Source: Camelus dromedarius (Eukaryota). From it: a stretch of 64,000 bases of DNA. The first letter of the stretch is position 1; each line of letters opens with the position of its first letter. The stretch covers positions 23,314,001 through 23,378,000 of the forward strand of contig NC_087436.1 in NCBI RefSeq assembly GCF_036321535.1. The letters are read 5' to 3'. Under the pieces are notes generated by a model. It had not been told where the DNA came from. It made no database searches and was given only the letters and a program-made list of their open reading frames with translations. Shown here piece after piece: positions 13,320-25,849 of this stretch. Made by a program: the position numbers and the translations under genes.

Positions 13320-13582
13320 AGTAAACCAGTGTATCTAACAAAAAGCAGACTCAACAGATATAGAGAACTAGTGGTTACTGGGGGAGAGAGGGAAGTCGGG
13401 AGGGGCCAGATAAGGGTAGGGGATTAAGAGGTATTAGATATAAAATAATCTACAAGGATACAGGGGAATATAGTCAACATGTTATGATAACTATAAATGG
13501 AGTATAACCTTTAAAAATTGTGAATCACTATATTGTACACCTGTTAGTTATATAATATTGACTCTACTTCAATTTTTTTTAA
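13320..13582 (+). mobile_element. L1 3'UTR fragment inside an MLT1-like LTR
   Basis: gaactagtggttactggggg...ataaatggagtataacctttaaaaattgtgaatcactatattgtacacctg. Confidence 0.7.
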
Positions 13583-14844
13583 AGTGTGTTAACTCTGGTC
13601 CGAGTGTCTTCTCCACACACTTCTCCTCAGTCCCCCAGTGGAACAGAAAGGATTCCAAAACCCAAGAGGAGAGGGGAGCCACACACCAGTAGAGCCTGGG
13701 ACTCAGCGATCACATGGAAAGCTGCTGGTCAGTCGACTGCTACTTGAGCAAGAATAAAACCTCGATTGTATTAAAATATTGAGGTTTAGGAATTCATTTC
13801 TTCCTGGAGTCAATCATAATTTAATTAATCAGTTGTTACTATATTTATATCATCATTACAAAGTAAATATAGCAGATATGAGGAAAATGTGTTTATGTGG
13901 ATTTGTGGCTTGGATTATATAAAGATATGACTTATAATAGCATACAGTTTACAGCAAAATGCCAAAATGTACAGAAAAAAGAAAAGCAGTAAGCTGGCCT
14001 TTTCACTATTTGGATCTAAGAGTCTTGATGCAATTACAAAGTGTTTCTACAACCACAGAGTTTGTCACACAAAGCCTAAGTGTTTTGAATAAATGAATTA
14101 TTCTTCCCTGCTTAGCATCATGGTCTCATTGGGTTTTCCAACAGAAATGAACTATGTGGATAAATTAAAGCACTCACTGTTCCTCCATTAGACCTCTTGG
14201 TTTTCTCTCTCTGATACCAATGAAAATCGAGTGATATTCAGAAGCAATTGGAGCCAAATTGAGAGATATTTAACAATTAGAAATTCTCATTTATTAAATT
14301 GCTTTCCTTTAGTTTAGCAGTATGAAAAATAACCCCAGGACTTTTTCTGGGCAAATGTGCTTGTTCGAGACAACCTGTTTACACTGAAGTTTTTCTTTAT
14401 ATATACAGTAGTGGCCTTGTAAGTGATTAAGATAATTAAGCTGAGCAGAATTTTGTTTGGCTCTCACTCAGCAGCTTTTCCTCCTCTGTTTCCCACGGTC
14501 CTTGTGGAAACAGATCTCCAGCTTCTGCCCACAACCAGCTCTTTTTTCCCCAGAGTGTGTCTATCTGGCATGGCAAAGAAACAAGGAGCCCTCTGTTCCC
14601 AGGCACCCAAGCACCAATGTCCTTCTCTAGACCATTATCCTCCTTAAACGCTGACACTAATGTGTAGAAGTATATTTCTTAGGACAACCACCAATAATTC
14701 AATCTGCTTTGAATCTATTCCTCCTTCAACCATTAGTTGTAACTTAGGCTCTTTTTGGGGACCCGTACCCCCAAGTACATATGGATATGTAGCAAAATGA
14801 AGGAATTCAGAGAAAGGGAAATCAGAGTGGTCTGGTGTAGTCAC

Positions 14845-17800
14845 TTTTTTTTTTTTTAACATTTTTTATTGATTTATAAACATTTTACAATGTTGTGTCA
14901 AATTCCAGTGCAGAGCACAATTTTTCAGTTATACATGAACATATATAAATTCATTGTCATATTTTTTTCTCTGTGAGCTACCATAAGATCTTGTGTATAT
15001 TTCCCTGTGCTATACAGTATAATCTTGTTTATCTATTCTACAATTTTGAAATCCCAGTCTATCCCTTCCCACCCTCCACCCCCTTGGCAACCACAAGTTT
15101 GTATTTTATGTCTATGAGTCTATTTCTGTTTTGTATTTATGCTTTGTTTTTTTTTGTTTTTGTTTTTGTTTTTTAAATTCCACATATGAGCGATCTCATA
15201 TGGTATTTTTCTTTCTCTTTCTGGCTTACTTCACTTAGAATGACATTCTCCAGAAGCATCCATGTTGCTGCAAATGGTGTTATGCTGTCGGTTTTTATGG
15301 CTGAGTAGTATTCCATCGTATAAATATACCACCTCTACTTTAACTAGTCATCTGTTGATGGACATTTAGGCTGTTTCCATGTCTTGGCTATTGTAAATAG
15401 TGCTGCTATGAACATTGGGGTGCACGTGTCATTTTGAAGTAGGGTTCCTTCTGGATATATGCGTAGGAGCGGGATTCCTGGGTCATACGGTAAGTCTATT
15501 CCTAGTCTTTTGAGGAATCTCCACACTGTTTTCCATAGTGGCTGCACCAAACTGCATTCCCACCAGCAGTGAAGGAGGGTTCCCCATTATCCACAGCCTC
15601 TCCAGCATTTGTCATTTGTGGATTTTTGAATGATGGCCATTCTGACTGGTGTGAGGTGATACCTCACTGTAGTTTTGATTTGCATTTCTCTGATACTTAG
15701 TGATATTAAGCATTTTTTTCATGTGCTTATTGATCATTTGTATGTCTTCCTTGGAGAATTGCTTGTTTAGTTCTTTTGCCCATTTTTGGATTGTGTTGTT
15801 TGGTTGTTTCTTATTAAGTCGTACGAGCTGCTTATATATTCTGGAGATCAAGCTTTTGTCAGTTTCATTTGCAAAAATTTTCTCCCATTCCGTAGGTTGT
15901 CTTTTTGTTTTACTTATGGGTTCCTTTGCTGTGCAGAAGCTTGTAAGTTTCATTAGGTCCCATTTGTTTATTCTTGCTTTTATTTCTTCTAGGAGAAAAT
16001 TTTTGAGATGTATGTCAGATAATGTTTTGCCTATGTTTTCCTCTAGGAGGTTTCCTGTATCTTGTCTTATGTTTAAGTCTTTGATCCATTTTGAGTTGAT
16101 TTTTGTGTATGGTGTAAGGGAGTGTTCTAGCTTCATTGTTTTACATGCTGCTCTCCAGTTTTCACAACACCATTTGCTGAGGAGACTGTCTTTATTCCAT
16201 TGTATATTCTTGCCTCCTTTGTTGAAGATTAGTTGACCAAAAATTTGTGGGTTCATTTCTGGGCTCTCTATACTGTTCCATTGGTCTATATGTCTGTTTT
16301 TGTACCAATACCATGCTGTCTTGATGACTGTAGCTCTATAGTAATGTCTGAAGTCTGGGAGAGTTATTCCTCCAGCCTCTTTCTTTCTCTTCAGTAATGC
16401 TTTGGCAATTCTAGTTCTTTGATGGTTCCATATAAATTTGATTATGATTTGTTCTAGTTCTGTGAAATATGTCCTGGGTAATTTGATAGTGATTGCATTA
16501 AATCTGTAGATTGCCTTGGGCAGTGTGACCATTTTAACAATATTGATTCTTCCAATCCAAGAGCATGGGATATCCTTCCATTTTTTAAAGTCTTCTTTAA
16601 TTTCCTTCATCAATGGTTTATAGTCTTCTGTGTATAATTCTTTCACCTCCTTGGTTAGATTTATTCCTAGGTATTTTATTACTTTGGGTGCTATTTTAAA
16701 GGGGATTTTTTCTTTACTTTCTTTTTCTGTTGATTCATCATTAGTGTAAAGAAATGCAACTGATTTTTGAACGTTAATCTTGTAACCTGCTACCTTGCTG
16801 AATTCTTCGATCAGCTCTAGTAGTTTTTGTGTGGACCTTTTAGGGTTTTCTATATATAGTAACATGTCGTCGGCATATAGTGACACTTTTACCTCTTCTT
16901 TTCCAATTTGGATCCCTTTTATTTCTCTCTCTTGCCTGATTGCTGTGGCTAGGACTTCCAAGACTATGTTGAATAGGAGTGGTGATAGTGAGCATCCTTG
17001 TCTTGTCCCAGATTTTAGTGGGAAGCTTTTGAGTTTTTCACCATTGAGTACTATGCTGGCTGTAGGTTTGTCATATATAGCTTTTATTATGTTGAGATAT
17101 GTTCCCTCTATACCCACTTTGGTAAGAGTTTTTATCATAAATGGGTGTTGAATTTTATCAAATGCTTTTTCTGCATCGATTGAGATGATCATGTGGTTTT
17201 TGTCCTTTCTCTTGTCGATGTGATGTATTACATTGATTGATTTGCATATGTTGAACCACCCTTGTGTCCCTGGGATGAACCCCACTTGGCCATGATGTAT
17301 AATCTTTTTCATGTGTTGTTGGATTCTATTTGCTAATATTCTGGTGAGGATTTTTGCATCTTTGTTCATCAGTGATATTGGCCTATAATTCTCTTTTTGG
17401 GTAGTGTCTTTGCCTGGTTTTGGTATCAGGGTGATGGTGGCTTCATAGAATGAGTTTAGGAGTATTCCCTCCTTTTCAATCTTCTGGAAGAGTTTGAGAA
17501 AGACTGGTATGAGTTCTTCTTTGTATGTTTTGTAGAATTCCCCGGTGAAGCTGTCTGGTCCTGGACTTTTATTTGTAGGGAGGTTTTTTTATTGCTATTT
17601 CGATTTCATTTCTAGTGATCAGTTTGTTCAAGTGGTCAGTTTCTTCTTGATTCAGTCTTGGTGGACAGTATGTTTCCAGAAACGTGTCCATCTCCTCTAG
17701 GTTATCCAGTTTGGTTCCATATAGTTTTTCATAATATTCTCGTGTGATACTCTGCATTTCTATTTTATGTTGTAATTTCTCCATTATCCTTTCTTATTTT

Positions 17801-18235
17801 GCTAATTTGTGCTCTCTTTTTTTTCTTCTTTGTGAGTTTGGCCAGAGGTTTGTCGATTTTATTTAGTTTTTAAAAAAACCAGCTTTTGGTTTGATTGATT
17901 TTTTTCTATGGTTTTTTAATCTGTATTTTATTTATTTCATCCCTAATCTTTATAATTTCCTTCCTTCTGCTGCCTTTTGGGGTCTTTTGTTCTTTTTCTA
18001 GTTCATTCAGCTGGTGGGTTAAATTGTTTATTTGAGATTGTTCTTTTTTGAGGAAGGCCTGTATCGCTATAAACTTCCCTCTTAGCACAGCCTTTGCTGC
18101 ATCCCATAAATTTTGTATGGTTGTTCTTTCATTTTCATTTGTCTCAAGGTATTTTTTAATTTCAGCTTTGATTTCCTCATTGACCCATTGGTTTTTTAAT
18201 AACATATTGTTTAATCTCCATGCTTTCCTTTTGTT
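14845..18235 (-). mobile_element. 5'-truncated LINE-1 (~3.4 kb) with poly(A), 3'UTR and most of ORF2
   Basis: T-run from 14845; ORF2 fragments 17906-18205, 17569-17784, 15612-17369, 15344-15550; possible TSD 14831-14844 / 18236-18249 (12/14 match). Confidence 0.95.
15612..17369 (-). pseudogene. L1 ORF2 reverse-transcriptase segment (585-aa open stretch; no endonuclease domain or promoter)
   Basis: Motifs [50 protein letters not shown]; frameshifted on both sides. Confidence 0.93.
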
Positions 18236-19702
18236 TCTGTTGTAATCACGTTTTTATTCACAAAACAGATAAAACTTGAGTGAGACCTTGAGATGTGGAA
18301 AGAATTGAATGGTCAGGGAGAAGGCTGGGCCTCCTGGGCAGAGGGTAGACATCAAGAGAGAAGGCACAGAAAGAGAAGAGTGAACATGACATGTTCAGGG
18401 TGGAATAAAGAAGAGAGTCTGGGAGGTCTTTGAGGCATGTAAGGGAGTATTGGGAAATAATCTTGAGAAAGCAGAGAGCAGTCTGATGGATTGAACTTTA
18501 TCATCCAGGAAGAATGGAGCTGCTTAAACAAGAGTCACAGCTAATGCTAGTGAACTGGGAAGATTTCCTGGGATTGGAGTGAAGAGTGGTCTGCAGTGGG
18601 TAAATGCTGCAGACAGTACTACCAGTTTGAGTATCATCATAAGAATCTGGGGAATGGGGTAGCAGAGAGCAAGAGAAATGCAAGTCTGGAAAATGAGACA
18701 TTGCAAAGGAGGGATGTAAAGATTTATAAATGATGGGATACAATGAAAAAGAGTAAATCGATCAGAAGAACGGTGGTGCCATTGATAAAAGTTGAAGGAC
18801 TCTGGGAAGATAGCTGGTTTGGGGAGGAAGTTTGGCCATCTTGAGTTTAATGTGGGACATCCAAGCAGAAGTGTTGAGATGGCCTCAGAAAATGTAAACC
18901 TGGAGTTCAAGTAAGAGAGCAGTGGAATACTGATTTGGAGATACTTTTGTGCTTCCTTCCCCCACCTCAATCTGCTAGAGTAGATCTTTCTCCACCCTGC
19001 TTCATACCCCAGGAGGAAGGTTCGTATGATCCAGTACCTCAAGCTGAAATCCCTTTCCCTCTGGCTTCCAATAGGGCCTAACCAATGGAAAGCATTGGCA
19101 AGAGACTGAAGAGATGAAGGAGAATAAAGTTGAAGTATTTATTCCTCCCATTTCCTCTTTTAGGCTCTGGCTGGGTCACTGCTCAACTGAAGGCCACAGC
19201 TCCAGGCTGTTAGCTCATGAGAAAATACAGCTTATATTGGCATCCTCAGGCTGGCATTGTATTCAATGTATTCAAATCTTTTCTCTTCTCCTGGGGCCAG
19301 AAACTAGGCCAGCCAGTGGTGCAGTGCTGATTTGAAGTAGAATGCTTGTTACCAGACACTGCCAGGGAGTCCTAAGTAAGAAGAGCAATCAGAGCAGAGA
19401 AGCCAGATAACAAACCATGTTCAAGCTGCCAGAAGAGAGTATCACCCTACTGACGTTCAGCCTTGGGTAAAGGTCTGAGAAACTGACCCCTCGAACTTGG
19501 CTTGGGTTGCCGCTCACCAACAACTTTACAACATAGCATTTTGGCATTTATATAGTTTAATTTTTATTTATAACTCTTTTCTTTCACAAAGTTGACTCCC
19601 TGCTCCTTTCCTGGGGGAGGGACTACCAAAAAATTAAAAAATAAAGGTAAGGGGATTAAGCTGAAGGTTTCAGCTTGCCGCCCTCCCCACCCCCCAACCC
19701 CC

Positions 19703-19703
<1 letters not shown>

Positions 19704-19760
<57 letters not shown>
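19704..19760. repeat. (CA)n microsatellite, about 28 units
   Basis: Uninterrupted CA run ~600 bp upstream of the MGAT4D ATG. Confidence 0.97.
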
Positions 19761-19762
<2 letters not shown>

Positions 19763-20119
19763 CTCCTAAGTCATTTGGGCATTTGATAGCTACCATTTAA
19801 GACTAGTAACCTTCAAGTAAAGACATTTTCTTTAGGCACTTCTCATCTATGGACAAGGTTTGTAGAGGAACCGCTTTCAGCTGTGCAACCTGCAGCAAGT
19901 AGCTCACTTCATTGTGGCTCAATTTACAATGCTATTGTTATCTTCATTTTATGCTTAAAAAAAAAAAAACTGGCAAGTTGTGAGGGCTTGAGATAATACA
20001 TGCAAACTGTTTAGCCCAGAGTCTGGCACAGGAATCTCTTCCTATTTCAGGACAATAAAGTTACTGAGCCACTCACCTCGAGCCAGGCAGTGGGGAGCTT
20101 TCCCATAGTTTATCTCTTT

Positions 20120-20780
20120 TAATAGCGGGTCTGGCGAGTGGTTCAGGAGTCTAAGGGCTGAGCCATAGGAGAGGAGGCAAATGGTGCCGAAGTTCTGTGA
20201 TGGGAGCTCCTAGAGGGCGTGCATGATGGAGTCCCCGGCCGCACAGGGGAGGGGGGGCGCGGGGGCGCGCGTCCCGGGGCACAGGCGCGGCGCGTGCCCG
20301 TCCTCCACGGCGCCGACGCTGCGTGTCTGCTCCGCCCCGAGCTCCGCTGCCGGCTCCCGCCCGCCCGGACAGCTTAATGAGGACCAGGCACGTGAACTTG
20401 TTGATAGCGCTCGTCGCCGTTGTGCTCTTCAGTTTCTCCTGCTTCTGCATCTCCAGGATGACTCAAACCAGTTAAGTGGCGTGTGGCTTCTCCCGCCTCC
20501 TTTCTCGCCTCCCGGGCTTCAGGGCTCCGGGACTGCTGAGGCGAGGCTGCCGGGTCGGAGAAAAGGGGGCGACATGGGAACCTGGCGGCTGTCGCCCGCT
20601 CTCTTGTTAGAGGCTCTCACATGTAGCCCTCCACGCCCTTTTCCGGCAGCAGTTAAGCTGTAACGGGCGCCCCTGGTCTCCTGGGCGGCGCTGACCCCCG
20701 CCCCGTGCTCGCGCTAACGGCTTGGCCTGCCGTTAGGGGTTGGGGGGCTTCCTGGCCATCTCTTGGCCCAGGCGCTCTTT
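20120..20780 (+). promoter_or_regulatory. MGAT4D: CpG island: MGAT4D promoter and exon 1
   Basis: CpG-dense region spanning ATG 20377; GC boxes, G-rich tract 20246-20279, E-box 20389-20394, MYB-type sites 20650-20735. Confidence 0.85.
20377..20470 (+). CDS. MGAT4D: MGAT4D coding exon 1 (cytoplasmic tail and transmembrane anchor)
   Basis: [31 protein letters not shown]; 94 nt; donor GTTAAG at 20471. Confidence 0.92.
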
Positions 20781-21106
20781 TTCCCTCCAAAGGTTCATGG
20801 ATCCATTCAGGGCCCAGCTTTTGCCCTACTTTTTCATCGTTTCCAGAAACATGTGAAAGTCTGACTCCAGGAACTCCTCTTATGCAGCCAGCATCTTTCC
20901 TTTTTCCTCTTTCCTATTCTACATTGTATTTTTGAGCAGTATTTCAAGGCTCCCTAAAGTTTTTTGTTTGTTTTGTTTTTTTGAGAAGTTGAAAAGGGGC
21001 AAGGTGACGGAGAGAGACAGAATCAACAATTTATAGCACTGGTGTAGCACCTGAACTTTCTTCCATGGACAACTGGGAAACGCACCACAGTTTTATTGCT
21101 GTTTGT

Positions 21107-21280
21107 AGGGTTGCCAATTTAGCAAATGAAAATAGAGGTTGCCCAGTTAAATCTGAATTTCAGATGAACAGCGAATAAGTTTTAAGTATGAAAATTGCAT
21201 AGGATATATTTATACTAAAAAAGTTGTTTTTCTGAAATTCAAAATTAACTAGGTTTCCTGTATTTTGTCTTTCGACTCTA
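21107..21280. mobile_element. MER53-like hAT MITE
   Basis: tagggttgccaatttagcaaatgaaaatagaggttgcccagttaaatctgaatttcagat. Confidence 0.65.
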
Positions 21281-23206
21281 GTCCATATTAAGCATTGTAG
21301 CATTCATATAGTTGAATTTTGAATTTAAGACTTAGGAATCCTGTAAATATATTAACCCAGCCTTCCAAGATTGTCGTCAGGTTGTTTTCCGTTAAATTTT
21401 CGTTATTCTTGTTAAACACCTTCATGACTCAGAATGCACACAAAATAATCTTGCTAGTAGCATGGAGGATCAACTTTGGAGGTAGCTTTAGTTCTTTAAT
21501 TAATGTTTATGTCGTCTGCTTAATGTTAAAATTATGTTTTAGTCCTCTAATACTAAATTTTGTCATGTACACACAATATCAAAAATTTATCTCATTTGTT
21601 TCAAAGCCCAGAAACGTATATTTATTTATCTGATTTATACTACTAATTTCAATCATTTAATACACTTTTATTCTTCTTCATTTCCTATAAAAACATTAAC
21701 CAAATATGTTTTTCTTTTAGAACAGTTAACGTGCACTTTTATAACAAAAAATAAACTGTTACTCATAATTAGAAAGCAAAAATAAACTTATTTTTCTAGT
21801 AATTTTGGATGGCAATTTAGATTGGTAACCTTAGAAGGCATTTAATACAGTTAGTATTCTTATAATGAAACTGTAGACTTTTGAGATATATACAATCACT
21901 TTGATGTGTTTTCCAGTTATGGCCAGGAGTTTGGTTCCTCAAAGCGTTTATATTCCTGTCATTCGTATGTTCAAGTTTGGAAAATGAGGTACTGTTCTTG
22001 AGAATACACTACTCTTAAAAGAGCAGTTAAAACAGGATTTTCGTTTTCTATGTATGTGATTCTGTGGAATCTAGCTCTAAAATAATTAGGAAATCAATTC
22101 TAATACTATAATGATGTTTATGCTGCAGAGCTTACCTGTGTACTCCATGTTTTTCTTTTGTATGTATAACATTTTTAAAAATTGAAAGAATTTGTATAAT
22201 GAGATTACAAAAGCAAGAAAACTGAAATGATAGGAGGCATATAGTATTCAGTTCAGCTGAGAATATAGAAACGATCGATCTTTTGCAAAAAGCTTTTAAA
22301 ATGAAGACTAATACTCTTATACACATGCGAAATCGATTTATTAAAGCTTTCAACTTGTTGGGATATAAATGTGAATAACTTATTTTTCCAATAATTGACC
22401 ATATGTGTTCTATCAAACACCCTCTTCTGATAACCACAGGTTCATAGTAATATTGAAGACCTCTTTTGGTCACTTCTGGATATTCCAAGAGTTTCATTCC
22501 TGTTTTTAAAGACTCTGTCCCACTCTTTTTAAAATTTTTCATCTCATAGTCAATTAAAAGCTTTGTCTTCCTTTCCCTACTGGACAGGGACAGGCTAGAC
22601 TTGTGGTTCTAAGAAATGCAATGGCAGGAGAGGAAAAAAGTCTGTTTTCAGACATTTCCCCTTGTTTGGTGTAAAACTTCCCAAACCTTACTAGTTTAAA
22701 AAAAATCATTTTTTTTAAACTCTTGATTTAGTAATCAGAAATTCAGGAAGGGCTCTGCTGCGTTTTGTGATCTGCATGGTGTCAGCTGGAGCACTTGGGG
22801 CTGGAGGATCTTCCAAGAAGATTTCTCAGAATATTCTTGATAACATTTAAAAATAATTTTTCATTAACAGTGATAAAGATGTTGTATATTCAAATCAGTG
22901 GAGCATTTTACAGTAGATTAATTTTAGAACATAAATTGAGCAAAAGAAGTAAATACATAAAAGAATAAAAATACATGTGTTTTATTTATTAATGTCTAAA
23001 ACCAAATATGAGTCAGCTTGCAGAACTGGTAAAACTTTAAAGAAGAACAACACATTGTTAATACAAAATTCAGAATTCCACTTATTTGGGAGTGGGGAGG
23101 AAGGGGAATTTGACTTTGGAAGGAGATAGATAAAATATCTAAGGCTAGGGTAGTAGAAGTTTCATAGATGTTCATTTTTATTATTGTCTTTCAAACTTTT
23201 ATATAC

Positions 23207-23568
23207 TGTAAAAAATTAATAAATAGAAATCTCAGTTAAATAGAGGTGACCAAAAGGGAGGGCTCTCATACCCTGTGACAATAGTAGAGCCTGACAGGAA
23301 GAAGGAAGATTCCTCTTTTTTCCTGGCAAGGACTCAGTCAATGGAAAGCCACAGACCCTTTGTTTACTACTGCCCTCCCAACTACCTTTCCCCTCTATAA
23401 AAGCATGCTCCTTCCTTTTCTGTGGGGGGACTTGGCACATGGTTTGCAATGGCTGTAGACTCTGAATTGCAATTCTCTGCCGATACTGAATAAATGGCCC
23501 CCCTCCTTTTTTTCTTTCTTTTTTTTTGCTAGAGAAATAACTAGCAGTCTGTTTGTTTTAGGTCATCA
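23207..23568 (+). mobile_element. Solo LTR (ERV1-like), 362 bp
   Basis: TG...CA ends, 4-bp TSD ATAC (23203-06, 23569-72), TATAAAA 23396-23402, AATAAA 23489-23494. Confidence 0.75.
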
Positions 23569-24564
23569 ATACTCTTTGTAATGTTGAAATATTTCACCAT
23601 AAAACAAACACATAGAGGAACCATTTGTAGGAAGTTTAAAGGGTGTGGTATATAGTTTATAGGGTGTGGTATATGATTTGATTATTGCAAAGTATACGTG
23701 GAGGGGTGTAATCTGGCAGCTTCCTCTGCTAACAATTACCTCAGATATTCTTTTTTTGGAACTATATTGAGTATACAAATAAATGAATAATATGTTTAAA
23801 GTGGGCCAATATTTGAACTCAATGCTGTTTCCCCTCCTTTCTATCCCCTGAGTTAAGGACTTGCTTTCCCCTTGATACACCATACTATTTTATACTTATG
23901 CATTTATGTTGTTGTTTTCTTAGCCTGGAATGCCCTTTTCTGCTCTTTGCTGTATGCAAAATTCTATATATTCTTCGAATTCTCAAATATTCCCTCTTCT
24001 CTGAAACCTTTCCCATCACCCTCCCGACTCTTTAGTCCCGCTTAAGAATTAATCATTCCTACCTCCCTTTGCCTGTGGCACTTGAGGATAGTTCCATTTT
24101 AACAATTACTTTATAATTAATTGTTTAAATATATGCTCCTTTCTCTCATCCCTTGCAGCCTGATTGTCAGTTAATTTTGGGCAGAAACTTGACTTTATCC
24201 ATGTTTGTTCACCTATCACACAACACAGTGAGTGACACATGGTGAATATTAAATGGAGGAAAGCATGACTTCCACAGCTTGCTTCTCATTGCTGCAGGTG
24301 TTTAGTCAATGAAATAGTGTGAAAAGTCAGGTCACGGCCGTACTATATGGGGCCTCCTGTATTAAGGCAAGTGTTTTGATTTTATCCAGTAAGCACCCAG
24401 GGAATCTTTTAAAGCCTCTGAGCAGTGTTTCCAGAAGATTAATTGTGGATTGGAGGTGAGAGACTAATTAAGAGGCAATTATAACAGTGCATCTAGAGGC
24501 AATAAAGACTTGAACTATGGTAAAGTGAATGATGAGAAAGATAAAATAGTTAAAGGGGTCTTTG

Positions 24565-25195
24565 ATGGTGCTTCTCAAGTTTTAACGTGCATACCAATCA
24601 CCTGTGAATCTTATTAAAATACAGATTCTGACTCAGTAGGTCTGGGGTGAGGCCTGAGATCCTGCATTTCTAATGAGCTTGCAGCTGGTGCCACAGACCT
24701 ATGCTGTCCCATATGGTCATCCCTAGTCAAGTGGTTATCAAGCACTTGAAATACAGTTAGTACAACTGGGGAACTAAGTTATTTTATTTTATTTTATTTT
24801 ATTTTATTTTATTTTATTTTATTTTATTTTATTTTATTTTATGTACCTTGAATTTTAAAATGGAAGCAGTACAAAATATTTCTCCATTAAGCAAAATTTT
24901 ATTGTTTTGGTAAGACTGCATTTTTACTGTAACTATCAAATTTGAGCATCTGAGTTAAGATATACCAGAAAAGTATAAAATATACACAGAATTTAGAATA
25001 CTTAGAACAAAAAAGCTATTCTATTAATTATGTTGATTACATGTTGAAAAATATTTTAGATATATTGATTACATTACTTATACTATTTACAATTACTTTT
25101 ATTTGTTTCTATTTGGTTTTTTTTTAATGTGGCTACTAGAAAATTTTAAATTACAAATGTGGTTTGCATTTTATTTACACTGGGGAACAGTGCCT
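24565..25195. mobile_element. MER5-like element with a nested Charlie1/MER33-family element
   Basis: ttctcaagttttaacgtgcata...gattctgactcagtaggtctggggtgaggcctgaga; then tgctgtcccatatgg...gtggctactagaaaattttaaattaca. Confidence 0.6.
24779..24842. repeat. (TTTTA)n microsatellite, about 12 units
   Basis: Direct reading. Confidence 0.95.
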
Positions 25196-25849
25196 TGGAC
25201 CTCTGCTATGAGAAGCAAAGGTCAGTGGTACTTGAGATCTTACCTGGCCCCCTTTTTATGGGTGGAAGTGACATTGGCCCATTGTACACATGGGCCGGTG
25301 TTTGTTTTCACAGTTGCGCTACAGTTGACTCAAAACACCTAATTTTTCAAACTTTTGCAAAATAATTTTGTATCATTTCATCCTCACGAAATACCTGAGT
25401 GAATATGCAAGTAATATGTTTTAAATAGAACACTTATGAATTATCAGGTAAAAATGTACAAGAAGCAGATACACGACTAGAGATTATGTCCTTTATTATT
25501 TTAGTATAGTTGTTTCTGAAAATACTACTTCCTCTAGAGAAAACTCTTCTCATGTTTACCAAATTGATCCCTCAAGGACTGACTTACATTGTGGAAGTCC
25601 AGATATGTTGCATCATCCATGATATATCAACTCCAAACACATGACCCATTTTGCAAAGAGAACATTACCCTGGAAACCCCAATAACATAGGGCTATACTG
25701 GCTAAACCACACCCACTGTAAAAATTTTAAGCATCATCAAATAGTATTCACCGCATGAATATTCAAGATTTACCTGGGATAGTTGCAGTTCTTTTGATTA
25801 AAGCGTGGTGCAGTTTTAGAACCATTCACATCAGTTCCTATTTGGGCAA

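Noticed and set aside
15700..18245. Hydrophobic plus-strand ORFs (178, 118, 65 aa)
   Set aside because: Antisense shadows of L1 ORF2
18501..19042. 172-aa minus-strand ORF
   Set aside because: Overlies L2/LTR-like relic sequence; no splice or domain support
25540..25830. Possible CR1/L3 RT remnant (DATYLDFH on the minus strand)
   Set aside because: Single short motif; too weak without a search
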